This document shows, piece by piece, positions 1-8,525 of a DNA stretch of 64,000 bases. Position 1 is the first letter of the stretch. Each line of letters starts with the position of its first letter. The position numbers and the translations under genes are program-made. Below the pieces are notes generated by a model. That model saw only the letters and a list, made by a program, of their open reading frames with translations. It had not been told where the DNA came from and did not search any database. Source of the DNA: a bacterium (GTDB lineage: Bacteria > SM23-31); contig JANQEH010000308.1 in the NCBI GenBank assembly GCA_028278455.1, forward strand, positions 13,491 through 77,490, in the 5' to 3' direction.

Positions 1-409
1 CAAGAATATTAATAGCCTTAATCCGGAAATATCGTTTATAAGATACAGTATTAGCCGACCAATAGTAGTCTACATCAATTTCACCAATACCTCCCGAGCA
101 GTGTGCCACTACAGCTTGACTATTATTTACTGGTGCATCAGTCCATTCATAGTAACAATTTGAGGTTGTAGTTAATAGATTATATCCTGATGTTTCGTAT
201 TGACTGACATAAACACGATATCTTATAGCACCTGCACTAGCATTCCAGGTTATTCTTATCATATCCCCGTAATAACTGGGAGCTCCCCCTTTGTGGATAC
301 TTCCGCTTGCTAAAACATTGGTAGGTGGATCCGGAGGATCTGCTAATAGGGGAGTTGCTAATGTTAGAATTAACGTGACCAATAAAAATAGTTGTCCAAT
401 TTTTTTCAT
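1..409 (-). CDS. Secreted fibronectin type III domain protein (partial, runs off the left edge; absent from the ORF track)
   Basis: Manual translation from ATG at 409 (GGAGG SD upstream) is open to position 1. It gives a signal peptide MKKIGQLFLLVTLILTLATPLLA, then DPPDPPTNVLAS...IRITWNASAGAIRYRVY...YFRIKAIN, the typical FN3 pattern. Confidence 0.8.
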   Translation of the reverse strand, partial: MKKIGQLFLLVTLILTLATPLLADPPDPPTNVLASGSIHKGGAPSYYGDMIRITWNASAGAIRYRVYVSQYETSGYNLLTTTSNCYYEWTDAPVNNSQAVVAHCSGGIGEIDVDYYWSANTVSYKRYFRIKAINIL

Positions 410-607
410 GATGACCTCCAGTTCATAGAAAATTTAGTCTATTTGTGAATTATTATAATTTATTAGGATTAGTCTTTTATATAATCACCTCCATGTTAGG
501 AATACTTAAAGAAAAACAATCAAATCAAAAACTGTAGAAATCAATCTCTTGTCCGGATAAATATAGATAATTAGCATGAAATAAAATATTACTAATTGTG
601 CAATATG

Positions 608-1042
608 CTAATCGCAATTCTGTTCAGACACATAATCAAAAACCTGTTCAAATTCCTGATATTGCATGAGTTCAGAGTATTCGAATTCGCCTGCATTTAC
701 TTTGGATTTTATTTCCGCCAATGACATCCCGCACATCCTTTTCAAAAATGATAGAAATCCAGAAGTTCCTGAGAAACCCAGCTCCCTTGCATAACCAAAT
801 GAGTTATTATCATGCCCTGTTTTAATCAAATCAATAAAATATTTCCATTTCACATAAGAATGATATTGTTTTATTGTAACGCCAAAACTGTATTTAAACC
901 AGTTATGAAGATCTGTAACACTGATATTATAATTATCTGCTATTTCGCAGGCAATAATTATCGAAGTTGGTGATTGTTCCAGGTACAGTCTAATGGCTTC
1001 GAGTATGTACTCATTAATCTCACTCATTAGTTGGCTCCTCAT
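608..1042 (-). CDS. AraC-type helix-turn-helix protein (DNA-binding domain only)
   Basis: IADNYNISVTDLHNWFKYSFGVTIKQY and ARELGFSGTSGFLSFLKRMCGMS match the two AraC HTH units; no sensor domain in 144 aa. Confidence 0.7.
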   Translation of the reverse strand: MRSQLMSEINEYILEAIRLYLEQSPTSIIIACEIADNYNISVTDLHNWFKYSFGVTIKQYHSYVKWKYFIDLIKTGHDNNSFGYARELGFSGTSGFLSFLKRMCGMSLAEIKSKVNAGEFEYSELMQYQEFEQVFDYVSEQNCD

Positions 1043-1289
1043 TTTAGCAGTAAAATAATTCTGCTTGATAACACTTAGTTTGTATTAAAACTATGAACCC
1101 CAATTTCGAGATACATCTATAACTGTCGAGGTGAAATGTGCCTGATACTATTAGACCAAGTCTATCTTTAAATATTTTTTTGAGGATTATACTTTTATTA
1201 AGAGGTTAACAAAGTAACCATCATAATCCAATGACCAATAATTCAATCTAATTAATATAGTATCTAATTTCAACGGAATTCTTACATCC

Positions 1290-1496
1290 CTACTGATTTT
1301 TCAGAAACGAATTCTTCTTTTCCTTGCCGCAGAATTTGAACATTTCACAATCATTGCAGACGTAGTCGTCGCAGTGAGTGATGTTCTCGCATATACCGGT
1401 TGCGCTTACGGTGACCGTTTCCTTGACGCATGTTTTCTCGAGATTGTTGTTGTAGTAACAATCCGAGTAATGACATTCTAAGACGTTTCCGCTCAT
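1290..1496 (-). CDS. Small cysteine-rich protein, DUF1540-like
   Basis: 68 aa with CxxxxCxYN...C...VTV...C plus a second cluster HCDDYVCNDCEMFKFC; likely binds metal. Confidence 0.55.
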   Translation of the reverse strand: MSGNVLECHYSDCYYNNNLEKTCVKETVTVSATGICENITHCDDYVCNDCEMFKFCGKEKKNSFLKNQ

Positions 1497-1619
1497 TCTT
1501 ATAACTTTTCTATATTAAGGATTTTAGTACTAACTACTATTATGCATTACAGAGGCATTGAGGACACAGAGAAAAACAATTTATCTATGAAATACAATAA
1601 CCAAAACGCATTTAGTACT

Positions 1620-1678
1620 GAGATTTCTCGACTTGCCCCATCCAGCGTTGCAGGATCGGGGCTGCGCTCGAAATGACA
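1620..1678. repeat. REP-like palindromic element (GTCA-tagged type) with an internal hairpin
   Basis: GAGATTTCTCGAC...GCTCGAAATGACA encloses a GC-rich hairpin GCCCCATCC/GGATCGGGGC within an AT-rich intergenic region. Confidence 0.55.
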
Positions 1679-1750
1679 TATCATCTATGTTAGTATTCAT
1701 GAATTATTAATCTCTTTCTTTTCTAAACGCCTCTGTGTTGCAGGTTATTT

Positions 1751-4700
1751 TTAACCGTCTATTCTTATTCTGATGTTCAGCCCGAAGTCCATGTCGGAGT
1801 TTCCTCCTCGCTGGATATTGTCACCTTTCCGGTATTCGAAATAGAATCCGCCGGTCACTTTCTGGGTGAAGGAATAATTGACTGTCTGCCGAAGGTTCCA
1901 CTGCTTGTTGCTCTGAAATGTCTCGAACTTTTCCGCGGTCGGAGTCTTTTTCAGGGTTTCACTGTTGTTGCTCTGGAACATCATAGTATAACTTACGCTG
2001 TTGCTGATACGCCTGCTGCGCAGGAAGGGCAGGGGGATTCTGAATCCTGTTGCCCACTGAAATGTTGTCGATGCTGTAATTGCCGATGTTATCGTCTTGG
2101 TCTCAACTCCCGTCCTGTCCAGTGATAATGTATTCTGTTTTACCATTGTAACATTTGACATTATTCCTCTTTTCCAGCCGATATTCAGCCCTACAAGCGG
2201 GCTGAAACCCCAGTTGTAGCTGGTAGTTACTTTATTGTCCGGAGTATCCTGCCAGTTTTCCTGCTTGTTTCCGGTATATGTATGCTGCAATGTGACGGAA
2301 TTGGTCAGTTTTTCAAAGAATAAAAGGTCCTCCAGTTTGGTTACACTGAGTGAATAATCGAACATCGGGATCTTTGTGTCTCCGAATATGAACATCGTAC
2401 CGTTGGAATTTCCGCTTATAACTCCGTTCTGATTACTTTCATTTTGTCCGGAGGAATACCTGAGATTGAAAGAGGCGTTGTTTGTCAGCGCAAAGCGTGT
2501 TGAAAGATTTAAACTCTGCCCGTTTGATTCAGATTCCGTATTTCCTCCAAGATCCTCCTTAACCGGGACTCCCGGATCGCTTGAAAAACCGAACTGATAT
2601 CCAAAACCCGGTGTTCCGTCCAATCCCATATTCCCGTATCTGTTGTTATCTGTCAGGGAGAATGAAATATTTGAGAATTTATCCGCAAATGCTTCGAGGT
2701 AATAAAGAGGATTGATCGGCCTTCCCGGACCTTCTTCCTCTTTCTCCTGTTCTTCGGGCTTCGGCTGCTGAACGGTTATTCCTCCCGGTCTAATCACCGG
2801 CCTTGGAGCCGGTTTAGGATTTTGAGTCTGAGGAGCCTCATACCTGTAAAACTTGTTGATCATATCCTTGAAGCTGAAACTGAAACTCAAACCCATGCTT
2901 TTTTCGAGGGTAGCTGATTTACCCTGTGCCTCTGCCTGTTTACTGCTTTGAAGTGCGTAATTCGCAGAGTACGAGATGCTGGGGGCAACAAAAGGTATCC
3001 ACTTCGGAGTATACTGTCCGGTAACGTTCTGGGTTGAATTTATTACAGTATTCGGATCCATCAGTGCTGTAAATATCTTTGATTTATCCCTATAATCGGA
3101 CAGGTTATGCTGGCTGGATCTTGTTATAGAGAGACTGATGGTCTCGAGCGGATTATAAGATGTAGTCATCGACCGCGTTGCACCGAAAGTATATGATTTT
3201 TTTGCCTCCAATGCGCCTTTCAGTTTTACCTCGGAGCTGGATTCAGCAAAACTCATATTAGTACTGAAATTCTGCGGCAGGAGAGTAAGGTCGAAGTTGG
3301 TTATCGGCCTGATGATCCTGAAGTCCGGGAGAAACCTGAACGGCGCTATAGAAAACTTTTGTATAGTTGTCTGGTAACGGATACTTCCGTTATTTGCCCA
3401 GCTGTAATTTTTTTCATTGGTAATGTCCTTGACATCTGTATTAGTATGACTCAGGCTAATACTAATAGGATCGATGAATTTTCGCAGTATCCACCACTTC
3501 GAGGCACCTGCCCGGGATATAGCTAAAGTCATCGACTGCGATTTCTGAGATATCTCTTCCAGTGCAGCGCCTGTTGAATCTGTTGCCGACTCATAAAGAA
3601 TATCTGTTCCCTGACGGTATTTAGGAGTAGCCGTATTTGTATTCTGAACATAACTGACCGGCAGCCTTAGACCTTTGTAGGGAAGAAACCTGTCAAGGGT
3701 AGTGCTTAGGTTCACCGACATTTCATCTGCATTTCCTCCGGAGCCGAATTTTTCAGTCAGTGAAATAAAATCGGCCTCCCGCTTAGAATAACCTACGCTG
3801 ATATTTCCGAGATCTGCAACGTTCATATTGACGTTCATACGGACAGCCTTGGCGGGGATCCTGTCCACATCGGTTACTCTGAGCTCGTCTATCCAGATCA
3901 AACCCGAGAGATTCCTGTCTGTAACATTCTTTAATCCGACAGTAAATGACAGCAGGTTCGTCAGTGTTGGATTACCCTTCACAAACCACCTTGTGCTGTC
4001 TTCGAGTGTTCTCGTTTTGTTATATAGAGTGGTTTTTGTTACCGGCAGCTCCTTCAGGTCAATTTCTATTGCATCCCATCCCTCGTCATTTTCTCCTGAT
4101 CGGAGTTTTTTCCTGACCTCGTAATAGTTTTTGTCATCCCTTCCGAACTGTACGAAAAACTCGAATTCTGATTCTTCTCCATAAGGTAAGTTAGGATCCT
4201 TGACAAATATCTTCAGTTTACCGTAATTTACAACGTCCTGGACTTTTACAAAAGTTTTCTTGATAGCCGCTGTGTATCCCGGTTTCAGATCCTGATATCT
4301 AATCTGAAGCGACTGCTCTTTAGATGTGATTTTATTTATTTTGTCATACAATCCTGTCACTCCCGGGGGTGAAGTATATGCCGGTACCAGTTCGGTAGCA
4401 TGCTGGTTCTCTTCAGTATTTACAATTTCTACGAAAATCACGGAATCACTGAGAGAATATTGCGGGCCTTTATCAGTATCCTGGGAAACCTGTGCAGTAT
4501 CAGGGTATGTACCGAGTTCTTTCCAGGCATTTCCAACAAGGTCGATCGAATATATCGAAATCTTTTCAGACCTGCTGTTGTCCTCTGTGCTTGCTTCTAT
4601 ATTTCTCACCCAGATCCTTGAATACTCTATCTGGGACCAGGAAGGATGACCTATCTTGTTTGTGAATTCTGTAAGGGGAATCCTGTAAAGTTTCCATCCG

Positions 4701-7700
4701 TCAGGATTACCGCCTGCGATCAAGTGGCTTGTTTTATCCGATAGATCAAAGACATATTGAAAATAATCATTCCTTTGATCGAGATTTCCGTCAGCATCGA
4801 GGTCTTCTGTATCCGGTTTTCTTATATCGTCAATCTTGTCACCGGAACCGTTACCTTCTGTTCCGTTTATATTATCATAGTTAGTGCTTCCTTCGGTATA
4901 GAACCAGTCATCATCTTCAAACTCTCCATTATCGGGGCTGTCTTCCGCTTCTATCCCATCAAGACCTGTGTCTTCACCTTCATCAAGGTTATTATTAGGG
5001 ATCGCTCCTTTGTCTTCTGTGTCGAGCTTGGCCAGTAGCGGACGGTATGCATCCTCGCTTATGAGCCCGAGATCCACTCCAACAGTTCCGCTGTTGCCCT
5101 TGATCCAGATCTCGAGGAATTTACTGTCAGTCTGATTGAAATTGCTCTGGGTCATCCATTTCATGATGCTTCCCCAGGAGCTGTCCGGGCTGAATTGCTT
5201 GTGGCTGTCGGATATGAGCTGCATTGTCAATATATTTGCCCTGTTAGATCCGGTCCTCTCGCTTACCTCCCTGTTCGGGAAGATGTCGGTGATCTTCGGT
5301 CGTTCAGATTCAACCGGATTATACCAGATCAGTTTGGCCCGCTGTGGTTCCTTGTATTTATAATTGACAGTATCACGTGTGAATTCATTGATTGTTATAG
5401 GACCGCTTCCCTTTTTCCAGGATTTCCTGTAAACACCTATATAATTGACCCTCTTTGTTCCCTCGAAGTCATCGAGGTATGCAACTCCCTGTTCTCCGAG
5501 GCTGTTGTTCATAGTATTTGGATTTGGAAGTGACTGGGCGAACTCACCCTCGATATCAAACCTCGATTCACCCCTGGGTTTCAGCATCGGGATAAGATTC
5601 AAAGCCTGTGTTACCCTGTTGGTTGAGAATCCGAACTTGCCGTTTATACCCCAGACCATGTTCTTGATAGGTTCGTTACCGACAGTAACCCTGTTTTCGA
5701 GGATCCTTTCACTCAGGAAAAGGGCAGTACCGCCGATAAATGACCTTTCACCGATAGGATACTCGAGCCGTGTTCCGAAAAGTGTTTTCTTATCAAGCTG
5801 AAAAACTTCAGCGCTTTCGTATTTAACTTCCATGGTCGATCCGGGGCCCATGGCGGCTGCATTTACTATGGTAAGTGTCCCCATCTGGTAGTCAACAGTA
5901 TAATCAGTTCCCCTTTCGAGCTGTTTTCCATCAAGGAAAATCTCCTCACTGTCCTGAATTACCTGGAAGCCGAGGTTATAAACCTGATCCCTGTTAGCCA
6001 TGACTACTTCGATATCATATTTTGATACATTGCCGTATTTTGATACGTCCACGAACAGATTGTCATATATCTCAGGTACAGTGAATTCAGAATTCCCTAC
6101 AAGCCTACTGGTCTCTCCCCAGACTTTGTCGCTGTCTTTAACATTCTGATCGGTTTCAGGGGCGAACGGCCTTTTTCCAGGGAACCTCAGGTGCCCCTTT
6201 ACCGGATCGAGGAGCCATCCGTTATCCACGTCAAATTTCAAATCAGCAACTTGATTTCCTCCTTCGTCATACCTGTCCAGTCCGAAGATCTCAAGAAAAC
6301 TTAATCCATTGGTATCACCAGTATAGATAGGATTCTTAGGATTCTCCCTGTTGTTGACAATATTTAATTCGAAACCTTCCTTATCTATACCCCTGTTGCC
6401 CAGTGAATAAACATTTTTCCATTCAAGGTCCCATGTTGGATCGTTTTCATTCGGATTGTCGGTTCTGATGAGCTTTAGGACAAGATTGGAAGTACTGTCT
6501 GGTATTACACCGGGAGGAAACGTAGTGCCCACGGAATCACCGGCTACAGTCTTGTAAGCGACAGCGAGAACCTCATTCTGCGCCGGCTGTTTAAGAATTA
6601 TGAAACCAGTATTAAGATCAATAATGTACTCCGACTTGTCTACCCTGAGAAAATAGCGGTTAACATGCCCCGCATTTCCCCCTTCGGCTGTGTCTGCGGC
6701 TGCAATATTATTAGGATCTACAACAGCCCACCCTCTGATGCTCTCAGGATTCTTATCAAAATTGGTTCCTGATCTCCATAATTCGAAATCAGTGATAACT
6801 TTTTCACCCTGATTGTATATTTGAGGAATACCGGATTCCGATAATTTAAATTCTCTATAGTAGAAGTCGTCAATATAATAATAAGTATCCTTAAGATACT
6901 CATAATCACGGATAGTCAACGGCTGTGACTTGGCGCCGCCCTTGATGGTCAGAGACTGTTTCTGCCCTTTTTCGAGCGATGCGATAGTTGTTACACTGAG
7001 ATTTCCGAATTTGGCCTCGGTCTTAAATCCGAACAATCCCTGGTGTCCCCCGCCGAATGAAATGAATCTTGTTCCGGGAAGGGACAGCCCGACATTACCC
7101 GCCTGGATAGATTGGAAGATTTCGTCTTCGTCACCTGTATAAAACAGCCGGATATTGTTTTCTATATCAAAATCCCGCTGAGAATCCTGGTCAACGAGCA
7201 CACTGATCTTCTCACCTACCTTTCCCGTGATGCTGAATCGCTGCTGCTGTTCGAGTTTGAATGAGTACCTTGTACCGTCCGAGGCATCCCGGACAATATC
7301 CTGTTCATGCTTAGCGAGGTTACCCTGGATGTTGACCTCACCTCTCACCTCGAGACCGATCTCGCCCTCACCCCCTGCAATTCTGCTGAGCCTCCTGCTG
7401 GCAAGAGGAACAGGAATGGATATACCTATCCCCCGGGGGCCTTCCTGCGTACTCACACCGCTGACCGTTTCAATTGTGGAATTATACCAGATCCGCTGGA
7501 TAGTATTCATCTTCGAAAGTGAATCTAATGAGGCATAGTCGAGGATCAGGGGGATTCTGAATTCGTCATTTAGGAAATTTTCCTTAAAGATATAGCTGCC
7601 GGATGCACTGTCATATTCGACGCTTCTCTGAGTGGTGAAAAAGGTTTCCGGTACCCTGGCAAGGGTGTCGACACCTATACTGAGATGCGGAGTTTTTTTA

Positions 7701-7876
7701 AACGGTACCGAAATACTGACGATATTCAGAGCAGGTTTTGGTGGTTTTAAACCGATCTGGGCATATACCGATTCTGAAAAGAATAAGGTAACAAGCAGAA
7801 GGATTCCTGAGAACAGGGGGGAATGCTTCCGTAAAGAAAGGTATGCCTTCTTACTAACTACCATAGTGCTCAGCAA
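1751..7876 (-). CDS. sprA: Type IX secretion system outer-membrane translocon SprA/Sov
   Basis: 2041 aa with characteristic segments GKVGEKISVLVDQDSQRDFDIENNIRLFYTGDEDEIFQSIQAGNVGL, WDLEWKNVYSLG, GTDYTVDYQMG, AYLDDFEG, DLGLISED, WKLYRIPL and IWIDELRV, and a beta-barrel-type C-terminus. Confidence 0.92.
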   Translation of the reverse strand: MLSTMVVSKKAYLSLRKHSPLFSGILLLVTLFFSESVYAQIGLKPPKPALNIVSISVPFKKTPHLSIGVDTLARVPETFFTTQRSVEYDSASGSYIFKENFLNDEFRIPLILDYASLDSLSKMNTIQRIWYNSTIETVSGVSTQEGPRGIGISIPVPLASRRLSRIAGGEGEIGLEVRGEVNIQGNLAKHEQDIVRDASDGTRYSFKLEQQQRFSITGKVGEKISVLVDQDSQRDFDIENNIRLFYTGDEDEIFQSIQAGNVGLSLPGTRFISFGGGHQGLFGFKTEAKFGNLSVTTIASLEKGQKQSLTIKGGAKSQPLTIRDYEYLKDTYYYIDDFYYREFKLSESGIPQIYNQGEKVITDFELWRSGTNFDKNPESIRGWAVVDPNNIAAADTAEGGNAGHVNRYFLRVDKSEYIIDLNTGFIILKQPAQNEVLAVAYKTVAGDSVGTTFPPGVIPDSTSNLVLKLIRTDNPNENDPTWDLEWKNVYSLGNRGIDKEGFELNIVNNRENPKNPIYTGDTNGLSFLEIFGLDRYDEGGNQVADLKFDVDNGWLLDPVKGHLRFPGKRPFAPETDQNVKDSDKVWGETSRLVGNSEFTVPEIYDNLFVDVSKYGNVSKYDIEVVMANRDQVYNLGFQVIQDSEEIFLDGKQLERGTDYTVDYQMGTLTIVNAAAMGPGSTMEVKYESAEVFQLDKKTLFGTRLEYPIGERSFIGGTALFLSERILENRVTVGNEPIKNMVWGINGKFGFSTNRVTQALNLIPMLKPRGESRFDIEGEFAQSLPNPNTMNNSLGEQGVAYLDDFEGTKRVNYIGVYRKSWKKGSGPITINEFTRDTVNYKYKEPQRAKLIWYNPVESERPKITDIFPNREVSERTGSNRANILTMQLISDSHKQFSPDSSWGSIMKWMTQSNFNQTDSKFLEIWIKGNSGTVGVDLGLISEDAYRPLLAKLDTEDKGAIPNNNLDEGEDTGLDGIEAEDSPDNGEFEDDDWFYTEGSTNYDNINGTEGNGSGDKIDDIRKPDTEDLDADGNLDQRNDYFQYVFDLSDKTSHLIAGGNPDGWKLYRIPLTEFTNKIGHPSWSQIEYSRIWVRNIEASTEDNSRSEKISIYSIDLVGNAWKELGTYPDTAQVSQDTDKGPQYSLSDSVIFVEIVNTEENQHATELVPAYTSPPGVTGLYDKINKITSKEQSLQIRYQDLKPGYTAAIKKTFVKVQDVVNYGKLKIFVKDPNLPYGEESEFEFFVQFGRDDKNYYEVRKKLRSGENDEGWDAIEIDLKELPVTKTTLYNKTRTLEDSTRWFVKGNPTLTNLLSFTVGLKNVTDRNLSGLIWIDELRVTDVDRIPAKAVRMNVNMNVADLGNISVGYSKREADFISLTEKFGSGGNADEMSVNLSTTLDRFLPYKGLRLPVSYVQNTNTATPKYRQGTDILYESATDSTGAALEEISQKSQSMTLAISRAGASKWWILRKFIDPISISLSHTNTDVKDITNEKNYSWANNGSIRYQTTIQKFSIAPFRFLPDFRIIRPITNFDLTLLPQNFSTNMSFAESSSEVKLKGALEAKKSYTFGATRSMTTSYNPLETISLSITRSSQHNLSDYRDKSKIFTALMDPNTVINSTQNVTGQYTPKWIPFVAPSISYSANYALQSSKQAEAQGKSATLEKSMGLSFSFSFKDMINKFYRYEAPQTQNPKPAPRPVIRPGGITVQQPKPEEQEKEEEGPGRPINPLYYLEAFADKFSNISFSLTDNNRYGNMGLDGTPGFGYQFGFSSDPGVPVKEDLGGNTESESNGQSLNLSTRFALTNNASFNLRYSSGQNESNQNGVISGNSNGTMFIFGDTKIPMFDYSLSVTKLEDLLFFEKLTNSVTLQHTYTGNKQENWQDTPDNKVTTSYNWGFSPLVGLNIGWKRGIMSNVTMVKQNTLSLDRTGVETKTITSAITASTTFQWATGFRIPLPFLRSRRISNSVSYTMMFQSNNSETLKKTPTAEKFETFQSNKQWNLRQTVNYSFTQKVTGGFYFEYRKGDNIQRGGNSDMDFGLNIRIRIDG

Positions 7877-8072
7877 TAAACGGACATCAATAATCCGCTT
7901 CCTGAATTGTTATTTCTCAATACCGTTTAATTAATCTTTAGCACTATGAAATAGGCATCTCCTTATTTGAACGGTCAGCACTGATTATTGGTTTATACTC
8001 AAATAAACTACGTAAGTTCTCAATAATAATCAATTTACATATGAAAAGCAAGTTTTTGTTATTGTCGGTGTA

Positions 8073-8525
8073 TCAGGCTTTCCCGGTTCCGGCAGCCAGG
8101 ATATCCAGGTATTTCTCTCCGAGTCCGAGCATATCCCGTTTTTCATCTTCCGTTCCATCCTTATATCCGAGCAGATGAAGAGTTCCGTGAACGGCAAGTC
8201 TCATAAGTTCATTTTCAAATGATACCTTGTATTCTTCTGCCTGTCTTTTTGCCATATCGGTACAAATATATATTTCACCTTCAAGCGGGCAATCTTCATT
8301 TTCCAGGGAAAACGCTATTACATCTGTAGACCTGTCATGGTCAAGGAATCTTTTGTTCAGGTCGGTTATCCTGTTGTCATCAACAAATACTATGCTTATT
8401 TCTGCCTCATTAATACCTTCCTGGGAACATACAAATTCCACAGCTGTCCTTACCTCATTTTCAGTAACGGGTACTTCTTTAATATCATCGGCAAAAACAA
8501 CAGATATCTTAATCAGGCTTGTCAA
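8073..8525 (-). CDS. ybeY: rRNA maturation endoribonuclease YbeY
   Basis: LNKRFLDHDRSTDVIAF, GEIYIC and HGTLHLLGY motifs; conserved adjacency to a 7TM-HD gene. Confidence 0.95.
   Translation of the reverse strand: MTSLIKISVVFADDIKEVPVTENEVRTAVEFVCSQEGINEAEISIVFVDDNRITDLNKRFLDHDRSTDVIAFSLENEDCPLEGEIYICTDMAKRQAEEYKVSFENELMRLAVHGTLHLLGYKDGTEDEKRDMLGLGEKYLDILAAGTGKA

Noticed and set aside
460..495. Strong SD (GGAGGTGA, minus strand) suggesting a small gene upstream of the FN3 gene
   Set aside because: No start codon at a usable distance and immediate stops; at most a decayed relic.
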